This document shows, piece after piece, positions 21,495-30,604 of a stretch of 64,000 nucleotides of DNA (positions within the stretch are counted from its first letter, which is position 1; each line of letters starts with the position of its first letter). The position numbers and the translations under genes are program-made. The notes under the pieces are model-generated. The model had not been told where the DNA came from and did not search any database. It saw only the letters and a list, made by a program, of their open reading frames with translations. The stretch comes from an uncultured Pseudomonadota bacterium (GTDB lineage Bacteria > Oederibacteriota > Muellerivitia > Muellerivitales > Muellerivitaceae), in NCBI GenBank assembly GCA_963770835.1, contig CAVYRH010000011.1, forward strand, positions 1 through 64,000, read 5' to 3'.

Positions 21495-22039
21495 TCGTCT
21501 ACGCCCATACGGCCGACGATTTAAAAGAGATCGAGGTTGGGCTCAAGGTCTACCATGATAAAGTGAATGAGTTCACCGCCATGGTCTTCGGGGAAAATAA
21601 GGGCATCAAGACCGAATTGGCTTCCGAGGAGGACTGGCAGGCGGCGGCCCCGGCGGTTTCCGCCACGGCCCCGGTTCCTGCGGTGGTCCCCGGCTTCACC
21701 GTCGGCGCGGACCAAAACGAACTTTTGAAGGTTTTGGAAGCTTCCATCCGGCAGAAGGTGGAGGGAGAGGTAAAGGCTTCCATGCAAGCGGCGGCCGCAA
21801 GCCCGCAGGCCCAGCAAGAGATGCTCCAGAAAGTGAAAGAGGATTTCGACCAAGAAGAAGAAAATCGGCGCATGGCCGTCCGGATGGCCCTGATCGCCGA
21901 GGGGGACAAGATCCTGACCCAATTGGTGATGGTCTGGCAACAGGCCAAGCAGAACGGCGATGGTGGACCGCAGTGGAACGAGGTCAAGCAGCGGCTGTTG
22001 GAACTTTTGGATGCCTCCGTCCAATTAACGCATTCCTAA
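21368..22039 (+). CDS. Hypothetical protein (DnaX/DnaA-N-like alpha/beta N-domain, linker, helical C-domain)
   Basis: 223-aa ORF with GGGAG RBS and host-like codon usage. Confidence 0.6.
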   Translation: MAVASELQNQWEAFLKLLQVREPRLHEHLQTARIKEATKYNLIVYAHTADDLKEIEVGLKVYHDKVNEFTAMVFGENKGIKTELASEEDWQAAAPAVSATAPVPAVVPGFTVGADQNELLKVLEASIRQKVEGEVKASMQAAAASPQAQQEMLQKVKEDFDQEEENRRMAVRMALIAEGDKILTQLVMVWQQAKQNGDGGPQWNEVKQRLLELLDASVQLTHS

Positions 22040-22065
22040 GTTTTAAGGATAAAAGTAAAGGCGAT

Positions 22066-22335
22066 TTGAACCACGAAGACACCATGCCGATTTTCCTTAG
22101 AAAAAACCTTTTTTAAGGGGTCGGTATAGTGCCGATTTCTACAATTTCGTTCATTTAAAGTAAATTGGCACAAGACAGGCAAAACCCTTCCCTTGGGTTT
22201 GTGTCGTTTAAAAAGTTCTCAGTAGTTCTTGGTGCCCTTGTGCCGATCCCCCATAAAATATATTATGGAAATCGGTACAATACCGACCTCGTTAACTGCT
22301 TTATGGATGGTCGGCATGGTGCCTTAGTGGTTAAA
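22066..22335. repeat. Nonamer-repeat hairpin carrying four nested TRCCGA...TYGGYA mini-palindromes
   Basis: Outer IR AACCACGAAGACACCA / TGGTGCCTTAGTGGTT; inner units 22085-22126, 22130-22170, 22241-22277 and 22281-22316. Confidence 0.8.
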
Positions 22336-22368
22336 ATAGGTGGGTTTTAAAACGCGAAAGGACAGAAA

Positions 22369-22962
22369 ATGCTGAACCACTATATCGGAACCGCGATGGG
22401 GTTTATCCTCCTCACCTTCCTGACTTCCTGCATCACTTTCGTGATCGTGGTTTTCGGGGTGATCCTCCGCCATAAAATCCTTTTGTGGGACGACAGCTGG
22501 AAAGAAACCATCGAGGCCACCGGGGTCTCCGTCGGTGATTTCGCCGACGACCTGGAAAGGACTTTCCAAAAGATCCGTGGCACTTTCCGCCTCCTGGGTT
22601 TCTTCCTGTTCCTCATCGTGGCCCTGATGGCTCTGGTTGTTTACGCCGGATTCATGCCAAAGCCCGCCTTGGGGCCCTTCCAGGTCATGAGCAGCCTGTG
22701 GCTCCTGATCTTAGTCGCGCTGTCGGTAGTCTTACCCGCTTTCGCCAGTTTCGGCGTGGGCACCTACCTGGCCGAAACGATGCTTTTGAAGGCCAACACC
22801 TTTGCCTGGCGGGAAGCGCGGGAGGATTACAGGGAAAAGAGAGCCAAGATGCAGATGGTGGAAAAGGCCAAGGAATTAAGGGCCAAGCGGGACGCCATGA
22901 GGACCGCCGCGGCCACGCAGCCCCCACCGGAACCGGGCAGACCGGCGCCCGCCGGAAAATGA
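22369..22962 (+). CDS. Hypothetical membrane protein
   Basis: Three TM segments, charged C-terminal helix, AAGGA RBS. Confidence 0.65.
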   Translation: MLNHYIGTAMGFILLTFLTSCITFVIVVFGVILRHKILLWDDSWKETIEATGVSVGDFADDLERTFQKIRGTFRLLGFFLFLIVALMALVVYAGFMPKPALGPFQVMSSLWLLILVALSVVLPAFASFGVGTYLAETMLLKANTFAWREAREDYREKRAKMQMVEKAKELRAKRDAMRTAAATQPPPEPGRPAPAGK

Positions 22963-22981
22963 AAACCCCGAAATAGATCCG

Positions 22982-23386
22982 TTGACTTCCCCCACACCTT
23001 CCGATTTCAAACGAACTGTCCCCCGGAAATCCGCACGTGCGGCTTCTTTTGTCCTTACCTTCCTGTTAGTTTCGGGATGCGCCTCCATCGGTATCCGTGA
23101 TTCCTCCCTTCGGCTTCAAATCTCCCCCTTGCCCGTTTTGCGGGGCCAGCCTGCCTTGGCCCAAGTGAACGCCCCCATGGACGCGGAAAAGGTGACGGGG
23201 GTCGTCGTGGTGATGGGAAGCCCCCGATTGATCTTCCAAAAGGATGAATCCAAGGGCCTCTGGTATTTTTACGGGACCATCCCCTTTTCCCCCTGGGTCC
23301 AACCGGGTAGTTACACCGTCCGGGTCCTGGTCAACTCGGCCCATGAGGAACCGCATTACACCGAGATGAAAGTGGACTTAAAGTGA
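22982..23386 (+). CDS. Hypothetical lipoprotein (Ig-like)
   Basis: Lipobox VSGC; PGSYTVRV; start uncertain. Confidence 0.55.
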   Translation: MTSPTPSDFKRTVPRKSARAASFVLTFLLVSGCASIGIRDSSLRLQISPLPVLRGQPALAQVNAPMDAEKVTGVVVVMGSPRLIFQKDESKGLWYFYGTIPFSPWVQPGSYTVRVLVNSAHEEPHYTEMKVDLK

Positions 23387-24255
23387 AATTTGAACCCGTC
23401 ACGGTCATCATCCCCGCCTATAACGAAGAGAAGGCCGTGGGCGACGTGGTCCAGGAAGTCCGGCGGACCCTCAAGCGCGCGAGGGTCCCGCACGAGATCC
23501 TGGTGGTGGACGACGGAAGCCGTGACCAAACGGCGGCCCAGGCCAAGAAGGCCGGGGCCCGGGTGGTTTCCATGGGCGAAAACCGGGGTTACGGGGCCTC
23601 CATCAAGGCCGGCATGCGGGAATCCAAATACAACCTGATCGCCATCCTGGACGCGGACGGAACCTATCCCGCCGGGGAACTGCCGGAGCTTCTCCGCCTG
23701 GTCGAAACCGCGGACATGGCCGTGGGCGCCCGGGTGAAGCCGGGGGCGGCCATCCCCTCCTTGAGGCGCTTCCCGAAGTGGCTTTTGGGAAAATGGGCCA
23801 ATTACCTGGCGGACCGGAAAATCCCGGATTTGAATTCGGGCCTGCGGATCTTCAAAAAGAACATAACGGCCCGTTATGAGGGGTTGTGCCCGAATGGCTT
23901 TTCCTTCACCACCACCATCACCCTGGCCATGGAATGCCATGGATATATTGTCAAATACCGGCCTATTGCCTATGCCCCGCGCATCGGGGAATCCAAAATC
24001 AGGCCTTTCCATGACACCCTTAACTTCTTTTCCCTCGTTTTACGGGTAGTTATGTACTTCAAACCCTTGAAGATTTTTATCCCCTTAAGCGGTATCATAC
24101 TCATGAGCGGTTTGGCGCTGGGAATGACCACCTGGTTGAACCACCAGCCGTTCACCAACACGACGTTGTTCCTTCTGATCACCAGCCTCCAAATTGCCCT
24201 CTGGATCGCCATCACCGGACTTTTAGCCGACTTGCTTGTCAAAAGAGGAAGGTAA
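23383..24255 (+). CDS. GT2 (DPM1-like) glycosyltransferase
   Basis: IIPAYNEE, VDDGS.D, NRGYG, DADG; two C-terminal TM segments. Confidence 0.9.
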   Translation: MKFEPVTVIIPAYNEEKAVGDVVQEVRRTLKRARVPHEILVVDDGSRDQTAAQAKKAGARVVSMGENRGYGASIKAGMRESKYNLIAILDADGTYPAGELPELLRLVETADMAVGARVKPGAAIPSLRRFPKWLLGKWANYLADRKIPDLNSGLRIFKKNITARYEGLCPNGFSFTTTITLAMECHGYIVKYRPIAYAPRIGESKIRPFHDTLNFFSLVLRVVMYFKPLKIFIPLSGIILMSGLALGMTTWLNHQPFTNTTLFLLITSLQIALWIAITGLLADLLVKRGR

Positions 24256-24259
24256 CCCC

Positions 24260-25678
24260 ATGAAAGTTTTGCTTATCAACCCGCCGTCCGAACACATGAT
24301 CACCACCAACATTCCTTCGGTGGTTGACGAAGAGCGCGGCTTCAACCCGCCCTTGGGGCTCCTTTACGTGGCGGGATACGCCAAGGCCAAGTCGACCCAT
24401 GAGATCCTGGTGATGGACTGCCAGGTGGAGGAAGTCTCGCAGGAAGAAGTCGAGGACCGCATCCGAGAGATGAAACCCGACGTAGTTGGCATCCAGGCCC
24501 TGACCTTCACCATCATCGACGCACGCATGGTGGCCCAGGCGGCCAAGCGGGCCAACCCGAATTGCAAGGTCGTCATGGGCGGGCCCCATGTGCACATCTT
24601 TGCCCGCGAGACCCTTGCCATGCCGGAAGTGGATTTCGCCATCAAGGGAGAGGGCGAATTGGCCTTCACCCAATTGCTATCCGCCCTGGAAGGCCAGATG
24701 GCCCTCGAAAAGGTTTTCGGGCTCGCCTACCGCGACCCGGTCACGGGGCAGGTCAAGGACAACCCGCCCGCCCCCCCGGTGGAGGATTTGGACAGCCTGC
24801 CCTATCCCGCCCGGGAACTGACTCCCATTAACAAATATTACTCCCTTATCGCCAAGCACAACCCCATCACCACCATGTTCACCAGCCGGGGATGCCCCTA
24901 TCGCTGTCTTTTCTGCGACCGGCCCACCATGGGCCGCCGATTCCGTAGCCATTCGGCCATGGCCGTGGTCAATGAGATGGAAGCCTGCGTGAAGATGGGC
25001 ATCCGGGAGTTCTTCATTTACGACGACACTTTCAACGTCAACCGCAAGAGGGTTTTTGAGATTTGTGGGGAAATCAAGAAGCGCAAACTGGAAATCGCCT
25101 TCGATATCCGGGCCCGCGCCGACCGCATGGACGAGGAAATGCTGGCCGAACTGGCCTCGGCGGGCTGCGACCGAATTCACTACGGGGTGGAGTCGGGCAA
25201 CCAGGAAGTGTTGGAGATTCTTTTAAAGGACCTGGACCTGGACCACGTGCGCCGCATGTTCAAGGCAACCCGCGCCCACGGCATGAAGACCCTGGCTTAT
25301 TTCATGATCGGCAATCCCAGCGAGACGCGAGAAATGGCCCTGAAAACCATCGAGTTCGCCAAGGAACTGGACCCCGATTTCGTCCATTTCTCGGTTCTGA
25401 CACCCTTTCCCGCCACCGCCATCTATTACAAGGCGCTGGAGGAAGGTCGCTTCGACCGGGACTACTGGGCCGAGTTCGCCAAGAACCCCACGCCCGATTT
25501 CAAACCCCAGCTTTGGGAAGAATTCATGAAACGGGACGAGTTGATTGACCTTTTGAAATACGCCTACAAGTCCTTTTACCTGAGGCCCAAAATGGTCATG
25601 AAGAATATGGCCTATACCCACTCACCGGTGGATTTTTTCCGCAAAGCCCGTGCCGGTTTGAAGATGCTTCGCATATAA
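24260..25678 (+). CDS. B12-binding radical SAM protein
   Basis: PPLGLLY B12-binding domain, GGPH, TSRGCPYRCLFC, GVESG. Confidence 0.9.
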   Translation: MKVLLINPPSEHMITTNIPSVVDEERGFNPPLGLLYVAGYAKAKSTHEILVMDCQVEEVSQEEVEDRIREMKPDVVGIQALTFTIIDARMVAQAAKRANPNCKVVMGGPHVHIFARETLAMPEVDFAIKGEGELAFTQLLSALEGQMALEKVFGLAYRDPVTGQVKDNPPAPPVEDLDSLPYPARELTPINKYYSLIAKHNPITTMFTSRGCPYRCLFCDRPTMGRRFRSHSAMAVVNEMEACVKMGIREFFIYDDTFNVNRKRVFEICGEIKKRKLEIAFDIRARADRMDEEMLAELASAGCDRIHYGVESGNQEVLEILLKDLDLDHVRRMFKATRAHGMKTLAYFMIGNPSETREMALKTIEFAKELDPDFVHFSVLTPFPATAIYYKALEEGRFDRDYWAEFAKNPTPDFKPQLWEEFMKRDELIDLLKYAYKSFYLRPKMVMKNMAYTHSPVDFFRKARAGLKMLRI

Positions 25679-25721
25679 TCTTGCCTGCCTTAAAACTCCG
25701 CTGAGGAATATATCCAGCTCC

Positions 25722-26771
25722 ATGAAACGCGTTCTTCATTACCTTCCCGTCATTATCGGAATCCTCTTGTTCGTCCTGGTCATCCGCATGTGGAAGGTCA
25801 GTCTTTCCGACACCCTGGCCATGCTCCGGCAGTCCGATTTGCGCCTGCTTTTACTGGCCCTCTTCACTTACCTCGCCATGGTTTACGTGAAGGGCATCCG
25901 TTGGAGCTACCTTTTGAGGATGCAGGGAGCCTCCTATTCCGTTTGGAACTGCTTCCTTATTTACATGGGGACCTTGTACTTGGGAAACGTCACACCCGGC
26001 CGGGTGGGCGACTTCGCGAAAGTGTTTTATCTCAAGCAGGATTTGAAGTTTTCCATCGGCCGGGGCATGGCCAGCGTGCTTTTGGACCGGGTTTTCGACT
26101 TATACCTCCTCCTGGTGCTGGGGGGGCTGGGAATCCTGATGAACCCCATGCCGGAAGACCCCGCCTCGGCCAAGATGGTCCTGGCGGTCAAAGTTTTCTT
26201 CGTCCTCCTTATCCTGGTCACCCTTTTAGCCTTCAACAAGAAAATAGGAGGGATGCTTTTAAAGGCGGCCTTCCAAAGGCTGATGAAGCAGGAACACCGA
26301 AATAAAACGGATAAAATGTACGAGGAATTCCACGATGGAATGGCGGATTTTTACAAGCCTTCCATCCTCGTGCCCACCTTCCTGTCGATCGTTTCCTATG
26401 CTTTCTTCTTCTGGGGCTGCTACCTGCTCGCCCAATCCTTCGGCCTTGGCATCAACCTTTTTTATCTCTCTTTCTGCGTTTCCGTTGTCAACATTGTGTC
26501 CCTGTTGACCCTCTTCGGAATGGGAACTCGGGAAACGGCATTGGTTATCCTCTTCGGGCTGGCCCACTACACGCCGGACCAGGCAATGACTTATGACCTC
26601 CTTCTTTTGCTGGTCGGCGTGATCCTCTTCAGCCTCCTGGGGCTTGTCTGCTTTACCTTCAAGCCGATCCAATTGGAAAGTTTTTCGGGGGCAAAGACGA
26701 ACGCTGCCGCATCCCCCCAACGAAAAAAAGCTTCCGCCGCCAGCTCAAAAAAGTCCAAGAAAAAACGCTGA
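25722..26771 (+). CDS. UPF0104 / lysylphosphatidylglycerol synthase TM-like flippase
   Basis: RW..LL, TPGRVGD, DRVFDL, GMGTRE. Confidence 0.8.
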   Translation: MKRVLHYLPVIIGILLFVLVIRMWKVSLSDTLAMLRQSDLRLLLLALFTYLAMVYVKGIRWSYLLRMQGASYSVWNCFLIYMGTLYLGNVTPGRVGDFAKVFYLKQDLKFSIGRGMASVLLDRVFDLYLLLVLGGLGILMNPMPEDPASAKMVLAVKVFFVLLILVTLLAFNKKIGGMLLKAAFQRLMKQEHRNKTDKMYEEFHDGMADFYKPSILVPTFLSIVSYAFFFWGCYLLAQSFGLGINLFYLSFCVSVVNIVSLLTLFGMGTRETALVILFGLAHYTPDQAMTYDLLLLLVGVILFSLLGLVCFTFKPIQLESFSGAKTNAAASPQRKKASAASSKKSKKKR

Positions 26772-26849
26772 AATTGTTTTTGGTTTAAGAGGGAACGGCG
26801 GCCCACCGTCGTTGCCGCACCTAGCCGCCGGTGCTATAGTGTCGCCCCC

Positions 26850-27641
26850 ATGTTCCTTTACGAATTCCCGACGGCAAAATTCCGGATAGTTTTAGGGCTT
26901 TTGGCCATTGTAGCCGTTGGCTGTTCCCCAACTCCGCCGCCTGTTCCCGAAGTGAAGGGCAGCTATGACGACGCCCAGAAGCTTTACGACCAGGGAAAGC
27001 TGGCAGACGCGGAAAAAATCCTGGACTCCCTTAAAACCAAGAACCCTTCGGAGACCAAAACCCATTTTTTATTGGGACGGATTTACAAGGAAACCCAAAG
27101 GCCGGACCAAGCTATCGAGGAATTGGAAGGGGTGATCAACCTGGACCCCTCGAACGCCACCGCTTATGCCACTTTGGCGCGGCTTTACCAATCGAAGGGG
27201 ATGTTCGACCAGGCCCTGGCCGCCGCCCTTGAAACCAAAAAACTCGACCCGGAGGAGGGCAGCGTCTACAACATCCTGGGGACGGTTTACTTCGACAAGG
27301 GCGACTACGAGGAAGCGGTCAAGAGTTACGAGAAAGCTTTGACCTATGAGGAGGATTCGGCCTGGGTCTATAATAACCTCGGCTTGGTTTACATCCAGCT
27401 GAAGAAATGGCCCGAGGCGGAGGAACAGCTCAAGAAAGCTATCGAGGCCGACCCGGATAACGCCGTCGCCCACAACAACCTCGGCGTGGTTTTGAACCAA
27501 AAAGGGGAGCCGGATAAGGCCCTCAAGGAGTTCCAAGGGGCCCTAAGCTTAGACCCCAATTACCAAAAGGCTTCACAAAACATAACAGACACCCAAAAAA
27601 TGATCGAACGGCTAAAAAAGAAAACGGCTTCCAAAAAATAA
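26850..27641 (+). CDS. TPR-repeat lipoprotein
   Basis: Lipobox AVGC; repeated A.YNNLG TPR units. Confidence 0.85.
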   Translation: MFLYEFPTAKFRIVLGLLAIVAVGCSPTPPPVPEVKGSYDDAQKLYDQGKLADAEKILDSLKTKNPSETKTHFLLGRIYKETQRPDQAIEELEGVINLDPSNATAYATLARLYQSKGMFDQALAAALETKKLDPEEGSVYNILGTVYFDKGDYEEAVKSYEKALTYEEDSAWVYNNLGLVYIQLKKWPEAEEQLKKAIEADPDNAVAHNNLGVVLNQKGEPDKALKEFQGALSLDPNYQKASQNITDTQKMIERLKKKTASKK

Positions 27642-27642
27642 T

Positions 27643-27739
27643 TTGAACCACAGAGTACACGGAGTTCACAGAGTTAAATCGTTGGAATTTAAAAAGACTT
27701 TTGCCTTCCTCTGTGTCCCCTGTGAACTCTGTGGTGAAA
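27643..27739. repeat. Nonamer-repeat inverted hairpin element
   Basis: TTGAACCACAGAGTACACGGAGTTCACAGAG ... CTCTGTGTCCCCTGTGAACTCTGTGGTGAAA. Confidence 0.75.
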
Positions 27740-27756
27740 AGGTTCGAAGGAATTAA

Positions 27757-28518
27757 ATGGCGCGGATTATCTGCATCACCAACCAAAAGGGCGGGGTGGG
27801 GAAGACCACCACCACCGTCAACCTGGCCTCCTGCCTGGCGGCCATCGAGAAGAAAACCCTTCTTGTCGATATGGACCCACAAGGGAATTCCACCAGCGGC
27901 GTGGGGCTGGACAAGAACGAGTGCGACCCCAACATCTACAACGTCCTCATGGGGGACGCGGATATCCTGGGGGCCATCCGGCCCACGGAGTTAAAGAAGC
28001 TTTTTTGCATTCCTTCCAACGGCCATTTGACCGGCGCCGAGGTGGAACTGGTGGGCATGGAGGAAAGGGAGAACCGCCTCAAGAAAGCCCTTTCAACCGT
28101 GGAAAGGGACTTCGATTTCATCCTCATCGACTGCCCTCCCTCCTTGGGCTTCTTGACCCTCAACGCCCTGGTGGCCGCCGATTCGGTCCTGATCCCCGTG
28201 CAAAGCGAATACTACGCCCTGGAGGGTTTAAGTTCGCTCATGGAGACCGTGGAACGAGTGCGGGAGAGCCTGAACCCGAAATTGGAGATCGAAGGGGCGC
28301 TTTTGACCATGCACGATTCCCGCACCCGCATCTCGACCCAGGTGGCGGAGGAAGTGCGGAAGTTCTTTGGGGAGAAAGTGTACAATACGGTCATTCCGCG
28401 AAACGTCCAGCTCTCCGAGTCGCCTTCCTTTGGGAAGCCCATCATCCTTTATGACATCCGTTCCAGCGGCGCGCAGGCTTACTTAAACCTCACCAAGGAG
28501 GTCGTCAAGCATGGCTAA
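27757..28518 (+). CDS. parA: Chromosome partitioning ATPase ParA/Soj
   Basis: NQKGGVGKTTT, DPQGN, DCPPSLG, EYYALEG. Confidence 0.95.
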   Translation: MARIICITNQKGGVGKTTTTVNLASCLAAIEKKTLLVDMDPQGNSTSGVGLDKNECDPNIYNVLMGDADILGAIRPTELKKLFCIPSNGHLTGAEVELVGMEERENRLKKALSTVERDFDFILIDCPPSLGFLTLNALVAADSVLIPVQSEYYALEGLSSLMETVERVRESLNPKLEIEGALLTMHDSRTRISTQVAEEVRKFFGEKVYNTVIPRNVQLSESPSFGKPIILYDIRSSGAQAYLNLTKEVVKHG

Positions 28519-29371
28519 AAAAGCTCTCGGACGCGGACTCGAGGCCCTCATCCCCAAGCGGCTGGTGGAGGAGAAAAAAGGGTCCGCCCAGCAGGTCCCC
28601 CTCTCCAAGATCAAGCCCAACCCCTTCCAGCCCCGGAAAATTTTCCGCGCCGAGGAACTGCAAGACCTGGTCCTGTCGGTCAAGGAGCGGGGCGTCCTCC
28701 AGCCCATCCTGGTGCGCAAAAAGGGAGACATCTGGGAAATCATCGCCGGGGAGCGCCGCTTCCGCGCCGCCCAAAAACTGGGACACCTGACCATTCCGGT
28801 CATCGAGGTGCAGGCCTCGGACGTGGAATCCCTGGAGCTGGCCCTCATCGAAAACCTCCAGCGTACGGACCTATCGCCCCTGGAGGAGGCGGAAGGCTAC
28901 CGCCGCCTGCAGGAAGAGTTCAACATGACCCAGGAACAGATCGCGCAAAAAGTCGGCAAGGACCGTGCCACGGTGGCCAATGCCATGCGCCTCCTAAAGC
29001 TTTCTCCCGAGGTACAGGCCATGCTGTCCTCCGGTGCGCTGACTGCGGGCCACGCGAGGGTCCTGGCGGCCCTGCCGACGCCCCTGGACCAGTACCGGTG
29101 GGCCGAACGCATCGTGCGCCAGGGTTTCACGGTTCGCGACGTGGAAAAATGGCTGCAAAACCAGAAGGGCCCGATCAAGAAAACCAAGGCCAACGGAAAA
29201 GCCAAGGACGCCAATACGGCCAAACTGGAAGAGAGCCTGCGCAACTGGCTCGGCACCAAGGTGACCATCAAAATGCAGGGCCGGCAAAAGGGAACTGTTT
29301 ATTTTGAATATTATTCCCTGGACGACCTGGACCGGATCCTGAACATGTTCCGCAAGGCCGGGTATCGTTGA
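28511..29371 (+). CDS. parB: Chromosome partitioning protein ParB
   Basis: LGRGL, NPFQPR, IAGERRFRA, ENLQR, HTH. Confidence 0.95.
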   Translation: MAKKALGRGLEALIPKRLVEEKKGSAQQVPLSKIKPNPFQPRKIFRAEELQDLVLSVKERGVLQPILVRKKGDIWEIIAGERRFRAAQKLGHLTIPVIEVQASDVESLELALIENLQRTDLSPLEEAEGYRRLQEEFNMTQEQIAQKVGKDRATVANAMRLLKLSPEVQAMLSSGALTAGHARVLAALPTPLDQYRWAERIVRQGFTVRDVEKWLQNQKGPIKKTKANGKAKDANTAKLEESLRNWLGTKVTIKMQGRQKGTVYFEYYSLDDLDRILNMFRKAGYR

Positions 29372-29395
29372 CAATCAATCGGGTTATGCTAAATT
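29368..29395 (+). promoter_or_regulatory. Putative sigma70 promoter
   Basis: TTGACA-16 nt-TAAATT with TGn extension. Confidence 0.45.
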
Positions 29396-29461
29396 ATTTT
29401 AACGAGATTGAACCGCAGGCAACGGCCCGCGGGATTAACCTTGAGTGAAGGAGATTCGACA

Positions 29462-29746
29462 GTGGCAATAACCGCTGCAGAACAGATAGCCAAGAAAATG
29501 GAAGGGGAAGTCAAGCGGCTCGCGCCCCAAGCAGTGATCCGCAACGACTATTCCAGTTATAAAGATGATGGGGTGGACATTTACGTGTACGCTCCCCGGA
29601 AGGTGGCCGACATGCTGCGCGGACGCCTGAAGGGAACCATCGACGCGGAACTCCGACGCGTGAAGGGCGTCCGAGCCCGCCTGCTGATGGAAGACATCGA
29701 AAACATGACGCCCGAGGCCAAGAAGAAATACGGCATCCCCGTTTAA
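29462..29746 (+). CDS. Small hypothetical protein
   Basis: GTG start with AAGGAG RBS; followed by a terminator. Confidence 0.65.
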   Translation: MAITAAEQIAKKMEGEVKRLAPQAVIRNDYSSYKDDGVDIYVYAPRKVADMLRGRLKGTIDAELRRVKGVRARLLMEDIENMTPEAKKKYGIPV

Positions 29747-29783
29747 ATTAATATTTTTTAAAAACGTTTTTCGCCGTTAAAAT

Positions 29784-29820
29784 AAAAGCCCCTCTCCGTG
29801 AAAGGTGGGGGGCTTTTTTT
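29784..29820 (+). terminator. Intrinsic terminator
   Basis: AAAAGCCCCTC...GGGGGGCTTTTTTT. Confidence 0.75.
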
Positions 29821-29915
29821 GTTGAAAATCTAATTTTGAATTTTGGTTATTTTCACGAAGTGAAAATTTCGCTAATTCAAAATTTAACATTTAAAATTTA
29901 TAATTGGTGTTCCCG

Positions 29916-30485
29916 ATGCCTTTTTCCATCGAACTTTTTTTCGACCCCAAGTCCTCCATGGCCGCCCACCAATGTGGGGAAGCGCTTGAAAAAATCAAGA
30001 TACCCTCCATCTTTTCCACCCTGGGGGCCAGTCCCCACGTCAGCCTGGCCGTTTTCGAGCAGTACAACCCCGAGCGCCTGCATGCCCTTTTGAAAAAGCT
30101 GGCCGCCAGCTTCCCCCCCACCCCCTTCCATATAGGGAGCCTGGGAACTTTCGCCGGAAAGGAAGGGGTGCTTTTTCTGGCGCCGGTGGTGACCCGGTCC
30201 CTTTTGGAAATCCACGCCTGGGTCCACAATTCCATCCTCAAGGTGGTGGAAGGCTCCTGGATCTACTACGACCCGGGCCAATGGGTACCCCATTGCACCC
30301 TTGCCATCCGGTTGTCGCGGAAAAAGTTGATACAGGGGATTGAATTACTGGGGCGGAAGGGTTTTACCGTTCGGGGCCGCTACAGCCATTTGGCCCTGGT
30401 GGAAACCCAGCCGGGCCGCATCGCGCCCATCCGACAGATTTATTCCATTCCCTTCTCCGGCAAAAAAACAGTGGGTAGACATTAG
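29916..30485 (+). CDS. 2H phosphoesterase (2'-5' RNA ligase family)
   Basis: Two HxS/T motifs: PHVSL and PHCTL. Confidence 0.85.
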   Translation: MPFSIELFFDPKSSMAAHQCGEALEKIKIPSIFSTLGASPHVSLAVFEQYNPERLHALLKKLAASFPPTPFHIGSLGTFAGKEGVLFLAPVVTRSLLEIHAWVHNSILKVVEGSWIYYDPGQWVPHCTLAIRLSRKKLIQGIELLGRKGFTVRGRYSHLALVETQPGRIAPIRQIYSIPFSGKKTVGRH

Positions 30486-30597
30486 GTATTGGCTGTTTAG
30501 CCAAGGCTTAAAATGAAAAAAGAAATTCGGTTCAAAGACGGCTTGCCCAGCAGCCCCACAGCCTTAGCTAATCGCCAACATCTAAAAACTAATGGCT
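30482..30597. repeat. Degenerate heptamer-repeat inverted element
   Basis: TTAGGTA TTGGCTG TTTAGCC ... CTAATCG CCAACAT CTAAAAA CTAATGG. Confidence 0.45.
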
Positions 30598-30604
30598 GGT
30601 TCTT

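Noticed and set aside
22085..22316. Possible CRISPR mini-array
   Set aside because: Units are self-contained palindromes with only 6-7 conserved terminal bases, and no cas genes are present.
29850..29866. TTTTCACGAAGTGAAAA as parS
   Set aside because: The central spacing does not fit the 16-bp TGTTTCACGTGAAACA consensus; it could be some other operator.
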